Assembly: GCA_018694835.1 (NCBI GenBank)
Contig: JABHOG010000126.1
Location: forward strand, 1,765-65,764
Length of the DNA: 64,000 nucleotides
Direction: 5' to 3'
DNA from: Planctomycetota bacterium
GTDB taxonomy: Bacteria; Planctomycetota; UBA8108; UBA1146
Each line of letters opens with the position of its first letter. Position 1 is the stretch's first letter. A program made the translations under genes and the position numbers. The notes beneath the pieces are model-generated. The model did no database searches and was not told where the DNA came from. It saw only the letters and a program-made list of their open reading frames with translations. Shown piece by piece: positions 1 to 9,482 of the stretch.

Positions 1-7
1 CTCTTGA

Positions 8-52
8 GTCGCTGGGGTGTTGCGGGTCGCTGGGGTGTTGCGGGTCGCTGGT
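8..52. repeat. 18-bp tandem direct repeat, ~2.5 copies (unit gtcgctggggtgttgcgg)
   Basis: Direct reading of the first 60 nt; the unit recurs at 8-25, 26-43 and partially at 44-52. Confidence 0.6.
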
Positions 53-432
53 GGCAGGCGTGGGTGTTACGAAGGAGAGCCAGCAAGGCGCTGGGCGACC
101 TGTTCAGTTCTCCGGAGCGTCTCGCGGGAACCTCTCTCCAGCCGACCCATCGTGGCCGTTGTGACATCATCGACATCGAATCGAGTGGCGGGCAGGTCGA
201 TGCGATCACCTTTCAGATCCTCCGTCACCCGCGGCCCCATCCCTTTTCCCGGCAGTATCACCTGGTGGCAGAGCGCTGGCGGGTAGAACTGCCCAAGGGA
301 GCCCCGCAAAGAGCGGGATCGGTCAATCTGAGTCGCCTGAAAGATTCGCGAAGCGATGGAGAACCTCCCGGTTCCTTCCCTTGACGGGCCCCCTGTTTCT
401 CGGCGACTATCAGGATTCGAGACATCCTCGAG

Positions 433-1530
433 TTGAATCACCACAACTCCACTTCGCGTCGAGGGAAGTGGAATGAGAGGCACCGGATGGAACTGCTGAA
501 GGAATTGTGTGAAGCCTATGGAGCTCCAGGGTTCGAGGATCGAATTCGTGCCATCTTTCGCAGAGAGATCAAGGATCATGTCGATCGGATCGAAGTCGAT
601 GGCATCGGCAACTGTATCGCCATCAAGGAGGGTAAACCGGGATCGCCCAAGGTGATGCTGGCCGGGCACATGGATGAGATCGGATTTGTCGTCAAACACA
701 TCGACGACAAGGGCTTTATCCGCCTCTCCCCGCTGGGTGGTTTTGACCCGAAGACTCTCATCGCCAAGCGTGTGACCATCGTCACCAGCGGTGGTGAAGA
801 GATCACCGGAATGATCGGCTCGAAACCGATTCACATCATGACTCCCGAAGACCGCAAAAAGATGCCCACGGTGCCAGAACTGTTCGTCGATGTGAGTCTG
901 TCGGGCGAGGAAGCCAAGGCTCGGATCGAGATCGGAGATCCGGTCACTCTTCAGCAACAGTTTCAGGTCAGTGGCGACCGCTGCACTGGCAAGAGTCTCG
1001 ATAACCGTGTATCGATCTACACAATGATCGAAGCGGTGCGACGCTATTCCAATGAGAACGTCAGCGTCTATGCGGTGGCCACCACCCAGGAGGAGATCGG
1101 TCTACGGGGAGCGATGACCGCTTCACACAGAATCGAACCTGATTGTGGAGTTGCCATCGATGTCACCCTGGCCTGCGACACTCCAGGCGCCAGTGAGCAC
1201 GAGAAGATCTCGTCGCTCGGTGCTGGAGTTGCGATCAAGGTTCACGACTCGTCGAGCATCTCCAACCCGAAGATGGTCAGGGCGATGAGAGAGATTGCCC
1301 GCGAAAAGGAAATTCCGTTCCAGATGGAAATCCTGACGATGGGTGGGACCGACGCCGGAGGTATTCAGCGTGGAGGCAGTGCGGTACCTGCGATCACCCT
1401 GTCGGTTCCGTGTCGCTACGTCCATACCGTGGTCGAGACCATCGATGCTCGGGATCTGGAAGCGACGGTCGCCTTGCTGGCGGGATTCCTCGACAAGGCT
1501 CACCAGATCGATCTCAGTTACGACGGCTGA
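433..1530 (+). CDS. M42 family metallopeptidase (FrvX/CelM-like aminopeptidase/endoglucanase family)
   Basis: 365-aa ORF with M42 hallmarks (LAGHMDEIGFVV, two-domain layout, EEIGLRGA). Start may be the internal Met at ~487 (MELLKELCEAYG). Confidence 0.85.
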   Translation: MNHHNSTSRRGKWNERHRMELLKELCEAYGAPGFEDRIRAIFRREIKDHVDRIEVDGIGNCIAIKEGKPGSPKVMLAGHMDEIGFVVKHIDDKGFIRLSPLGGFDPKTLIAKRVTIVTSGGEEITGMIGSKPIHIMTPEDRKKMPTVPELFVDVSLSGEEAKARIEIGDPVTLQQQFQVSGDRCTGKSLDNRVSIYTMIEAVRRYSNENVSVYAVATTQEEIGLRGAMTASHRIEPDCGVAIDVTLACDTPGASEHEKISSLGAGVAIKVHDSSSISNPKMVRAMREIAREKEIPFQMEILTMGGTDAGGIQRGGSAVPAITLSVPCRYVHTVVETIDARDLEATVALLAGFLDKAHQIDLSYDG

Positions 1531-2117
1531 TCTGCAGTACTCTTCTCCCAGATGGTCAGACGGGTGTCGCCGTAGCGACGATTCTGTCGTGCCGTCAGAC
1601 CTGGCGGCGGCGTAGCCGTGGGCTCACGGGAGGGGTGCTCGATGGCGAGAATGCCTCCTGCTGCAAGCCATTCCCCCCCGGCCAGGTCGCTGGCCAGTTG
1701 CCACGGGATCGATCCGGGACGGGAATAATCTGGAAAAGGTGGGTCCAGTAAGATCACCTCGAATTCGCCATCCACCGGAGGGCGATCGGTCAGGCGATAG
1801 GCATCCATCTCCAGTACCTTGCACTGGGCAGGAATGCCGAGAGTCTCGAGATTTTTACGTAACATCGCCTGAACGGCGCGGTCCTTCTCGACATGAATTG
1901 CCTGACGAGCTCCGCGGGAGACCGCTTCAATTCCGAGGGCACCCGAACCAGCAAACACATCGAGTACCCGAGCCCCTGACAATTGTTGCTGGATGATGTT
2001 GAAGAGAGATTCCCTGACTCTGGTTCTCATCGGGCGGACGATGGACCCGGCAGGAACTTCGATTTTACGTCCGCGCAGGTGGCCGCCGGAGATTCGGATC
2101 GATCCAGGTCGGGGCAC
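1518..2117 (-). CDS. rsmD: 16S rRNA (guanine966-N2)-methyltransferase RsmD
   Basis: 199 aa; RsmD motifs (RGRKIEVP, VLDVFAGSGALGIEAVSRGA, ILLDPPF). Confidence 0.85.
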   Translation of the reverse strand: MPRPGSIRISGGHLRGRKIEVPAGSIVRPMRTRVRESLFNIIQQQLSGARVLDVFAGSGALGIEAVSRGARQAIHVEKDRAVQAMLRKNLETLGIPAQCKVLEMDAYRLTDRPPVDGEFEVILLDPPFPDYSRPGSIPWQLASDLAGGEWLAAGGILAIEHPSREPTATPPPGLTARQNRRYGDTRLTIWEKSTADQPS

Positions 2118-2135
2118 GTCAGTGGACCTGATCGC

Positions 2136-2606
2136 TCAGGAGACGAGGCGGTCGTCGGAGGCCGCGAGTCTCTGGGCCAGGATCCTGGCCATGTTGAGGA
2201 TCATCTTGTAGGCCACCATATTGCCATCTTTGAGAAGTTGCTGAAAAGGACCTGCGGGAATCTTCTTGAGGCGACCATCCTCGACGCACATCACCGTGGC
2301 ACTTCTCACATCGTGACTGATCAGGGACATCTCGCCGAAGAAGGAGAGTTCCTCCAGGCGGCCGAGCACTTCGTTACGATTGCCCGACTTGAGTACCTCG
2401 AAAGCTCCTGCCCCGATGATGTAGAAACCATCTCCTGCTGTGCCCTGGAGGACCACGGTGTCGCTCTTCTTTGCCACGATATCTTCAGAGATTCTCAGCA
2501 GGTCAGCAATTTCAGAGTGAGAGAGCCCTTCGAACAGGGGCACTTTCTGAAAGGATTCGACGTATTCGCTCAACTCTCCACTCCCTCGTCTGGGGCACTC
2601 CCTCAC
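2136..2606 (-). CDS. cyclic nucleotide-binding domain protein (stand-alone cNMP-binding/Crp-like effector domain)
   Basis: 156 aa; cNMP-binding fold signatures (FQKVPLFEGLS, FGEMSLI, RSATV). Confidence 0.7.
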   Translation of the reverse strand: MRECPRRGSGELSEYVESFQKVPLFEGLSHSEIADLLRISEDIVAKKSDTVVLQGTAGDGFYIIGAGAFEVLKSGNRNEVLGRLEELSFFGEMSLISHDVRSATVMCVEDGRLKKIPAGPFQQLLKDGNMVAYKMILNMARILAQRLAASDDRLVS

Positions 2607-2689
2607 GGATCATTCCGTGGGGAGCAGGCCTCCATGAAAGAACACCTTAGCGTTTCGGGGACTCCACTGCAATGTCAGCGCCAGGCAAC

Positions 2690-3760
2690 TCATTCACCGT
2701 CCTGGACCGCAGTGGCCGACTCCCACCAGGGAACCAGGTCCTCGGGCAGGGGTGCTTCAAAGTGCATCGATTGGTGACTGGAGGGGTGACGAAGGTGCAG
2801 TCTCCATGCGTGCAGGGCGTGACGCTGGAGTGGAGCATCGGGTGCCGCAGGGACCCAGCGAGAGAGGTCCAGTTTGGTTTCCCGGCCATAGTGAAAGTCG
2901 CAGAGGATCGGGTGGCCGATGGCTCGCAGGTGGACGCGAATTTGGTGGGTTCTGCCGGTCCTGGGGAAGCAGTGAAACCAGCAGATTCCCTTCATCGAAT
3001 CTTTGCCGATGGTGCGGATCTGCTTCCACGCCGTGTAAGATTCTCGCGCCCCCTGCTCATGTCTCACCACCCTTTTCCTCGGATCGGTCAGAGATCTCGC
3101 CAACGGGAGGTCGATCTCACCAGAAAGGGTGGTCGGGATTCCATGAGAGAGCGCAAGGTACTCCTTGGCGATCTCTCGATCATGAAACTGGCGTGCCAGT
3201 TCCTTGTGCGCAAGGTCGGTGCGAGCGATCACCATCACTCCAGAGGTTTCACGATCGAGGCGGTGTACGATTCCAGGTCTGCCCGCTTCTCCGACCGAGG
3301 ACAGTTGGTCGGAATGCCCCAGTAGCGCATTGACCAGGGTGGCTTCCGGCGGCGCGCCGGGCGCAGGGTGAACGATCATCCCCGCCTCCTTGGAGATCAC
3401 GATGATGTCGTCATCTTGATGGAGGACTTGTAACTGGTGATCTTCAGGGAGCGGAATCGGCGAAGGGATCGGTGGCGGATCGAAGGAGACACGATCGGTC
3501 AGTTGTATTCGATGAGAAGCGCGGCAACTGTTTCCGCAGATGGTGATTCGACCCTCGTCGATGAATCTTCGAAAGGCGGAGCGAGAGTGTTCGGGGACCT
3601 GACGACTGAGCCAGCGATCGAGCCGATCTCCCACATCTTCAGACTCGACCTGGAATTCACGTCGTTCGGGTCGAGCGGGGCCGGAAGGCCCCTCAGTCGC
3701 CGCCACTACCAGTGGCTGGTGCGGGTGGCCCCAGGTCCTCAACGGCCTCGGCCGGCTCAT
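2690..3760 (-). CDS. RluA-family 23S rRNA pseudouridine synthase (RluD-like)
   Basis: S4-like N-terminus (RLDRWLSRQ) and catalytic HRLDRETSGVMVIARTD motif. Annotated start overlaps the upstream gene by 68 nt, so the true start is probably an internal/alternative codon. Confidence 0.8.
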   Translation of the reverse strand: MSRPRPLRTWGHPHQPLVVAATEGPSGPARPERREFQVESEDVGDRLDRWLSRQVPEHSRSAFRRFIDEGRITICGNSCRASHRIQLTDRVSFDPPPIPSPIPLPEDHQLQVLHQDDDIIVISKEAGMIVHPAPGAPPEATLVNALLGHSDQLSSVGEAGRPGIVHRLDRETSGVMVIARTDLAHKELARQFHDREIAKEYLALSHGIPTTLSGEIDLPLARSLTDPRKRVVRHEQGARESYTAWKQIRTIGKDSMKGICWFHCFPRTGRTHQIRVHLRAIGHPILCDFHYGRETKLDLSRWVPAAPDAPLQRHALHAWRLHLRHPSSHQSMHFEAPLPEDLVPWWESATAVQDGE

Positions 3761-4463
3761 CCGGAACTACGGGGTCCGAAACCGGCGGCGCCGGCTCGTC
3801 GGTGGTGAGCGTCGGCTTGGCCGGCTCGTCGGTGGTGAGTGTCGGCTTGGCCGGCTCATCGGTGGTGAGTACTGGTTTGACCGACTCGTCAGTGGTAGTG
3901 GTGACCGCCGGAGTGGGCTCGAGAAGAATCGGTTCAGGAATCTCCGGGAGCACAAATCCGACACTGTTGTCACGAGAGGTGCTGAACTCCTGCAAGTAAC
4001 TATTGATCAGGAAATCATCCGGTAAACGGAGTTGGCTCTCTTGCAGCAAGGTGATGGCTTGCTGACGATCCTCATCGGTCTCCTGGTCCCACAGCCAGCG
4101 GGCCACTCGCCCGATCGCCAGACCCTCGATCGCTTGTCCTTCAACATCGTTGAGTAACCCGGGATAGGTTTGTCGCACTTGATCCGCTTCCCCGGTCAGC
4201 GTCGTGTCGATCTGGTTGTTCCAGGCCTGGAGTTGACGACCTTTTAGCGAGTCGAAAATTGTTGGAAGGGTGATCAGGCCGATGACGATAATCAATCCGA
4301 TGAAGATCGGAGTTGAATTGATCTTGGCTGCTTTGGCCACCTCGAGGGTGAGGTTTTCGATCTGAGTGTCGATCTGATCGGGATCCTCAGGTGTGGTGGG
4401 CTGCTGACTGTCTGGACGTGCTGGACCGGTTTTGGCCATCTGGATGTACTCTCCCTTTTTCAT
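3693..4463 (-). CDS. hypothetical membrane protein with Thr/Pro/Asp-rich C-terminal tandem repeats (KPTLTTDEPA x3-4)
   Basis: 256-aa ORF with one TM helix (IFIGLIIVIGLITLP). The C-terminal peptide repeats are encoded by the 30-bp DNA tandem repeat. No recognisable family. Confidence 0.5.
   Translation of the reverse strand: MKKGEYIQMAKTGPARPDSQQPTTPEDPDQIDTQIENLTLEVAKAAKINSTPIFIGLIIVIGLITLPTIFDSLKGRQLQAWNNQIDTTLTGEADQVRQTYPGLLNDVEGQAIEGLAIGRVARWLWDQETDEDRQQAITLLQESQLRLPDDFLINSYLQEFSTSRDNSVGFVLPEIPEPILLEPTPAVTTTTDESVKPVLTTDEPAKPTLTTDEPAKPTLTTDEPAPPVSDPVVPDEPAEAVEDLGPPAPATGSGGD
3791..3900. repeat. 30-bp tandem repeat, 3.7 copies (ccggctcgtcggtggtgagcgtcggcttgg), in-frame inside CDS 3693..4463
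   Basis: Read directly: copies at 3791-3820, 3821-3850, 3851-3880 and partial 3881-3900, with point variants. Confidence 0.85.
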
Positions 4464-4492
4464 TCAGTGCTGCACCTAGGCAGCGCTTAGGC

Positions 4493-4969
4493 TCAGGATT
4501 CTACACCAATTTTAACGATGAGGCGGGTGACATAATGTTGCCCTCTCTCATCGGGTGTCCTTTTGATCAGAACCTCTGCGTATTCGTCACCTTTGCGGTA
4601 ACGCAGTTGCTGTTCACCCAGGTCTTCGGTTCCGGAAATGTGTTCCCAGCCATGAATCGGCATCTGTTCCTTGTACCAGTTGGTCAACTCCATCACCGGT
4701 CGTTCTCCCCAGTAAATGACCTCAACGGTTCTCATGGGAAGGGGCGCATGCTGGAATTTCAGGTAGGACCAGGATTTCTCATCGAGCTCGAAACCGAGAG
4801 GAGCGGGGATGTCTGCAGGCTGGTGTTTGCTGACGATGGGTACAGCATCCTCGAAAGGGACCAGTCCCTGGCAGCCGATCATCGGCACCAGAAGCAGTAA
4901 CATGATTCCCAGCAGCGCGCTCATCGACACCGAATCGCGGTCATTCGATGGGTAGAAAATACTCTTCAT
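4493..4969 (-). CDS. hypothetical lipoprotein (signal peptide + lipobox)
   Basis: Start chosen at internal Met (MKSIFYPS...) at 4969, with GGAGG 6 nt upstream on the coding strand. Signal peptide ends in lipobox-like MIGC. The longer 201-aa ORF start lacks an RBS. Confidence 0.5.
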   Translation of the reverse strand: MKSIFYPSNDRDSVSMSALLGIMLLLLVPMIGCQGLVPFEDAVPIVSKHQPADIPAPLGFELDEKSWSYLKFQHAPLPMRTVEVIYWGERPVMELTNWYKEQMPIHGWEHISGTEDLGEQQLRYRKGDEYAEVLIKRTPDERGQHYVTRLIVKIGVES

Positions 4970-5125
4970 GTCGATCCTCCTGCCCGTATGGGGGGCTTCT
5001 CTGGCACTGACTATTCCACGCCGGTTGCCCTTTATGATCGGGATAGCATAATCCCCCCGTGTCCCGGAGGCGAGGGATCGACCGCAACTGCCGGGCATTA
5101 ATCCAGAGATGTTGGAGGAGGTCTG

Positions 5126-6445
5126 TTGTCACAGTGGGGGAAGCCGATTCCCGGCTCCATCCGAGGTGCGGTGGCGGAATTGGCTCGCCATCCCTGGAGG
5201 ACCGTCCTGATCTGTCAGGGGATTCTCTGGGCGGTTGCGCTGATGGTCGCCCCTGCGTCGATCCTCCAGGGGTCGAGGACCGCAGCGATGGAACGAGCGA
5301 GGGAACTGGGCACAGACCGGATCCAGGTCGAGGTGGAAGCGGGAGCCAGAGCCCTGCTCGAGGTGGAGGATCTGGAGTCGATTCGATCGGTGTTGGCGGA
5401 GAACTATCCGCAGGCGGTGGTCAGTGGCCAATCGGTGTCGGGTAACTCGGCGATTGAAGGGAAGGGGAAGGCCTACCTGGTCGCCTCCGATGAGGGAGAA
5501 ATCGCTGCCCGATCCCTCCTGTTGCTCGAGGGACGCTGGTTCAAAGAGGCCGCTGATCCGCCGGAAGTGGTACTGGAGCAACCCCTGGTGGCGGCACTTC
5601 CCGGGAGTGGAAGCGATTCACCGATCGGTCAGATTCTGTGGGCAGACCCCGCCAGTTCCAGTTACCGCAGGATCGGGCTCGGTGGCGAGATTCCCTCAAC
5701 CGCTCGTAGGTGGCTGGTGGTGGGAGTCATCCGATCGCCCGGAGAATCAAAGGTCAATCCTCTCGGCTTCGGAGAAGACCGTCGATTTTCGGGGATGATT
5801 GAGTCTGCTCTGCAGATGCTGGGGGTGGCCCCGGTGGAGGCGCCGTGGATGACCAGGGGAATGTCACTGCATGTCGATCGTGCAAGCTTGAAGGCGGCAC
5901 CGGTCGATTGGATGGTGGTCTCGGTCGATCCCAGTCGAGTGAACTCTGCCAGAGTGCTCGTCGAGGAGACCCTGATTCGCCGTGGCAAGGCGCCGCTTCT
6001 CTACGCCAATGCGGCCTGGTCAATCCTCGCAAGCCCCGAGCTGGATGGTTATCTGGTCCTGCACGATGTCTTTTTCGGGGTGACCGTGGGGATCGGCCTG
6101 CTGGTACTGATCAATCTGCTACTGCTGACCGGGCGCCGCCGCCGTGGTGAGGTGGGATTGCGTCGTGCCGAGGGGGCGACTCGTGCCGACATTTTCTGGC
6201 AGTTCCTTTGGGAGGGTGTGTTGATCTCGCTGGTCGGTGCCATCCTCGGAGTGGGGGTCGGGGTTCTGGTGGCCCACCTCCGTGCAGGACTGGATCCCTC
6301 GGCAGTGATGACTGCGACATTGCCGTGGAAAACAGCCATCGAAGCGGTCCTCATCGCCACCACTGGTGCAGCGATTGCCTGCGCGGCTCCCGCCTGGGCA
6401 GTGAGTGATGTGGATCCAGCTTTGCTGTTGAGGGAAGGTCGATGA
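5126..6445 (+). CDS. ABC transporter permease, FtsX/MacB-like (DUF214)
   Basis: 439 aa; N-terminal TM, large periplasmic domain, C-terminal 3-TM FtsX module (LLLTGRRRRGEVGLRRAEGATRADIFWQFLWEGVLISLVGA). Confidence 0.8.
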   Translation: MSQWGKPIPGSIRGAVAELARHPWRTVLICQGILWAVALMVAPASILQGSRTAAMERARELGTDRIQVEVEAGARALLEVEDLESIRSVLAENYPQAVVSGQSVSGNSAIEGKGKAYLVASDEGEIAARSLLLLEGRWFKEAADPPEVVLEQPLVAALPGSGSDSPIGQILWADPASSSYRRIGLGGEIPSTARRWLVVGVIRSPGESKVNPLGFGEDRRFSGMIESALQMLGVAPVEAPWMTRGMSLHVDRASLKAAPVDWMVVSVDPSRVNSARVLVEETLIRRGKAPLLYANAAWSILASPELDGYLVLHDVFFGVTVGIGLLVLINLLLLTGRRRRGEVGLRRAEGATRADIFWQFLWEGVLISLVGAILGVGVGVLVAHLRAGLDPSAVMTATLPWKTAIEAVLIATTGAAIACAAPAWAVSDVDPALLLREGR

Positions 6446-7713
6446 GGGGGTTGCCGGGAATTCTACGGAACTCACTGCTGTCGATCGTGCGCCATAGGAT
6501 GCGCTCCCTGCTGGTGGTCTCGACCTTTGCGCTGGGTCTGGCATCGGTGGTCGCCATCGTGGGCACCATCGAAGGGGGGCGACGGGCCATCTCCCACGAC
6601 CTTGAAGCGCTCGGTACCGATCTCGTGGCGCTGATCAATCCATTGAGGATGGGAAGCCTTGCCATCGGAGTGAAAACAGCGGGAAGACCGCTGGAGATGG
6701 AGGATGTCGCCTCGATCCAGCAGCAGTTCAAGGGGAGCACCGATTCGGTGTCGCCGATTCGCATCGACCTGGGTCTCTCCACCACCCAGCGCGGCACGAT
6801 GCGACACACCATCATCGCTACAATTCCCGAATTCGTCTCGGTACTGAGGCCGGGGATGCTGGCGGGGAGATTTCTCCAGCGACAGGATCGTTGGCCCACC
6901 GAGGATGGCGCTGAGATCCCTGCGGCCATCGACGAGGCGCTGGCGGAGATCCACTTTGGAGATCCAGTCGGGGCCATCGGGCAGAAGGTTCGTTGTATAC
7001 GAGATGGACGCGCATTCAATGCCAAGATCGTCGGGGTGGTGAAGGATCCGTTGCTTCTGCGACAGTACATGAGCGCCTTTGACTCCACCTCTAGTGCTCG
7101 GTCGATCCCGGCTCGTCGTCTGCAATTCCTCAATCTATATCTCCCCTGGCGTCCGGAAATCGATCAGCCTCAACTTCTGCTGATCGACGCGCCGGGGGTC
7201 GATGATGTCGATGAGATTGCCGCTCGTCTCGAAAAGATCATCGCCAGTGAAAAACTTGGGGTGTTCTTGCACGTTCAGAAGAGATGGACTTCGGTGGTTC
7301 TGGATATCATCGATCGCTTCAGCGGATTGGGGCACTTCATCTGGATCCTGGATCTGGTCGTGGTGCTGATCCTGACCGGCACCATCTCCTTGTTGGCGAT
7401 CGATGAGAGCCTCGAGGAGGTGGCCTTGCGACGAGCCGAAGGTGCGACGGTGATGGAAGTCATGCTGCCGGTGCTGCTGGAAGGTGTGTGGTTGTCGCTG
7501 GCGGCGATGGCTCCGGGGATTTATGTCGGCCAACTGATCCTACAATATGGAATCGAGCCGGTACTGGGGTGGTCTTCCTGGCTTCCTCCTCGGATGATTA
7601 TTGGGACCTGCATCGGGCTGATGACGACAGGACTCCTCGGTGCGATGCTGCCGGCATTGCGGGTTGCGAAACTCGATCCGGCGGCGGTTCTGGGAGGTCG
7701 TCGAGATCTCTGA
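6442..7713 (+). CDS. ABC transporter permease, FtsX/MacB-like (second permease)
   Basis: 423 aa; same architecture (LRRAEGATVMEV...), start overlaps the previous stop (ATGA), implying co-translation. Confidence 0.8.
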   Translation: MRGLPGILRNSLLSIVRHRMRSLLVVSTFALGLASVVAIVGTIEGGRRAISHDLEALGTDLVALINPLRMGSLAIGVKTAGRPLEMEDVASIQQQFKGSTDSVSPIRIDLGLSTTQRGTMRHTIIATIPEFVSVLRPGMLAGRFLQRQDRWPTEDGAEIPAAIDEALAEIHFGDPVGAIGQKVRCIRDGRAFNAKIVGVVKDPLLLRQYMSAFDSTSSARSIPARRLQFLNLYLPWRPEIDQPQLLLIDAPGVDDVDEIAARLEKIIASEKLGVFLHVQKRWTSVVLDIIDRFSGLGHFIWILDLVVVLILTGTISLLAIDESLEEVALRRAEGATVMEVMLPVLLEGVWLSLAAMAPGIYVGQLILQYGIEPVLGWSSWLPPRMIIGTCIGLMTTGLLGAMLPALRVAKLDPAAVLGGRRDL

Positions 7714-7809
7714 ACCGTGACACATTGAAGGTCCCTCGCAGGTGCATTGCGAAGTAGACCTTGCGCAGCAGACCTCGCGGAAACAACTTGCAGGGAGAGG
7801 GAGAACTCG

Positions 7810-8469
7810 ATGTTTGTCCAGATGGAACAGATCCGGAAGTGCTACGGCGAGGGGGACGGCATGATTGCCGCACTCGACGGTGTTGATCTGACCGTGGAGA
7901 AGGGCGAGTTCATCGCCATCGTGGGATCCTCCGGTAGTGGTAAGAGCACCCTGCTGCAAATTCTCGGCTGCCTCGATCACGCAGACTCTGGGACTTACCA
8001 ATTGGGTGGACGAGATGTTCAATCGCTCACCGGTGCGGAGATGGCACGCATCCGTAACGAGACCATCGGTTTCGTGTTCCAGTCCTTTCACCTGCTCGGC
8101 GACCGGGACGCACTGGAAAATGTTTCGTTGCCTCTGGAGTACCGTCGATCCGCGGCTCCTGAGGTCTCTCCCACTCAGGTGCTGGAGCGAGTCGGACTGG
8201 CCGATCGGATCACTCATCGGCCTTCTCAGTTGAGTGGTGGGGAACGTCAGCGTGTCGCCATCGCCCGCGCGCTGGTCAAGGAACCCGGTTTACTACTCTG
8301 TGATGAGCCGACCGGAAATCTGGATAGCGCCAGTGGCGATCAGGTGCTCTCGTTGCTGTCAGATCTTCGGGATGAACTGAACACGACACTGGTGCTGGTT
8401 ACCCACGACGTGGAGGTCGCAGCCAGGGCTGATCGGGTGTTGTCGATGAAGGATGGTCGGTGGTCATGA
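7810..8469 (+). CDS. ABC transporter ATP-binding protein (MacB/LolD-type)
   Basis: Walker A GSSGSGKST, signature LSGGERQRVAIARAL, Walker B LLLCDEPTGNLD. Start set at Met 7810, which has GGAGAG just upstream; the ORF track starts at 7747. Confidence 0.85.
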   Translation: MFVQMEQIRKCYGEGDGMIAALDGVDLTVEKGEFIAIVGSSGSGKSTLLQILGCLDHADSGTYQLGGRDVQSLTGAEMARIRNETIGFVFQSFHLLGDRDALENVSLPLEYRRSAAPEVSPTQVLERVGLADRITHRPSQLSGGERQRVAIARALVKEPGLLLCDEPTGNLDSASGDQVLSLLSDLRDELNTTLVLVTHDVEVAARADRVLSMKDGRWS

Positions 8470-9482
8470 TACGGCGCTGGATCTGGGGATTTGCCTTGCT
8501 GGTCTGGTTGGTGATCTGGCTCAACAGCCATTTCTCGACCGACGCCCGATCGGTGACCATCTACTGCTCGCATGATCGCAGTCACTCCCAGCAGATTCTC
8601 GATCGGTTCGAGAAGGAAACGGGAATCGTGGTCGACGCCGTATTCGATACCGAGGCGACCAAAACGGTCGGCCTGACCGAGAGGATTCGTAGCGAACAGA
8701 AGCGACCACGGTGCGATGTTCACTGGTCCAATGAGCCGTTGAGGGCGGTGCAACTGGCACAGGAGGGGCACTACGACACTCTCCCCGAGGGAGCGGGGCC
8801 GGGGATTGATTCTCGCTGGAGAGATGCGGGCAATCTCTGGTGCGGATTCGCCGCTCGTGCACGAGTTGTGGCGACCCATCCGGAGTCGTTGGCGAGTGCC
8901 GCGATTCCTCGTTCGGTCAAGGGGCTGATCGATCGGAGTCTTTCCGGAAAAGTGGTGATGGCTGACCCGAGGTTTGGAACCACCGGTAGCCATCTGGCGA
9001 TTCTGAGGGTCACTCTTGGAGCGCAAAGATATCGCGAGTTACTTCAGGGTTGGAAAGACAATCGAATACAGATCGCCTCGTCGAACTCGTCCAGCCGAGA
9101 TCGGGTGCTCTCAGGCGAAGCCTGGGTGGGACTCACCGATACCGACGATGTCGAGGTGGTGCGCCGAAGGGGAGCTTCGATCGGTGAGGGTTTCCTGGAG
9201 GAGGACGGGGTCATACTGCTGCCCAATGTGGTGGCCGTGGTGAAGGGGTGTCCGCACCCAGAAGAGGCCAATGAACTGGCACGGTGGTTACTTCGTGAGG
9301 AAGTGGAGGAGTGGTTGGCAAATTCTCCCAGTCGCCAGATTCCGCTGAGAACTGAAGTACCGGTGATGGCCAGTGGCCTGTCACTCTCTCGATTCGAACC
9401 GCTGGAAATCGATTGGAGTGAAGCCGCTGGGCAGCTCCATGAGGCGGTTCGAGAAGCGGAAAGGATCCTGTTGAACCCTTGA
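8460..9482 (+). CDS. ABC transporter periplasmic substrate-binding protein (Fe3+/AfuA-FbpA-like family)
   Basis: 340 aa; N-terminal anchor/signal; layout (IYCSHD..., ...VHWSNEP...) resembles iron(III)/thiamine-type binding proteins. Confidence 0.65.
   Translation: MVMIRRWIWGFALLVWLVIWLNSHFSTDARSVTIYCSHDRSHSQQILDRFEKETGIVVDAVFDTEATKTVGLTERIRSEQKRPRCDVHWSNEPLRAVQLAQEGHYDTLPEGAGPGIDSRWRDAGNLWCGFAARARVVATHPESLASAAIPRSVKGLIDRSLSGKVVMADPRFGTTGSHLAILRVTLGAQRYRELLQGWKDNRIQIASSNSSSRDRVLSGEAWVGLTDTDDVEVVRRRGASIGEGFLEEDGVILLPNVVAVVKGCPHPEEANELARWLLREEVEEWLANSPSRQIPLRTEVPVMASGLSLSRFEPLEIDWSEAAGQLHEAVREAERILLNP

Noticed and set aside
4-384. 126-aa plus-strand ORF at the window start whose N-terminus (RWGVAGRWGVAGRW) is just the translated 18-bp tandem repeat
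   Set aside because: No family resemblance, no RBS and repeat-derived sequence. It may be the 3' UTR or end of an upstream gene, but this cannot be decided from the window.
67-957. 296-aa minus-strand ORF overlapping the start of the M42 peptidase gene
   Set aside because: It lies antisense to a clearly homologous CDS. Long antisense ORFs of this kind are expected in high-GC DNA, and its composition (Arg/Asp/Gly-rich) looks non-coding.
2672-3333. Two overlapping plus-strand ORFs (217 and 193 aa) inside the RluA-family gene region
   Set aside because: They are antisense to a well-supported pseudouridine synthase CDS, which points to a GC-rich shadow ORF rather than a gene.
8750-8775. Sigma-54-like -24/-12 element (TGGCAC-N5-GGGCA)
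   Set aside because: It lies inside the substrate-binding protein CDS, with an imperfect -12 box and no downstream gene start, so it is probably coincidental.
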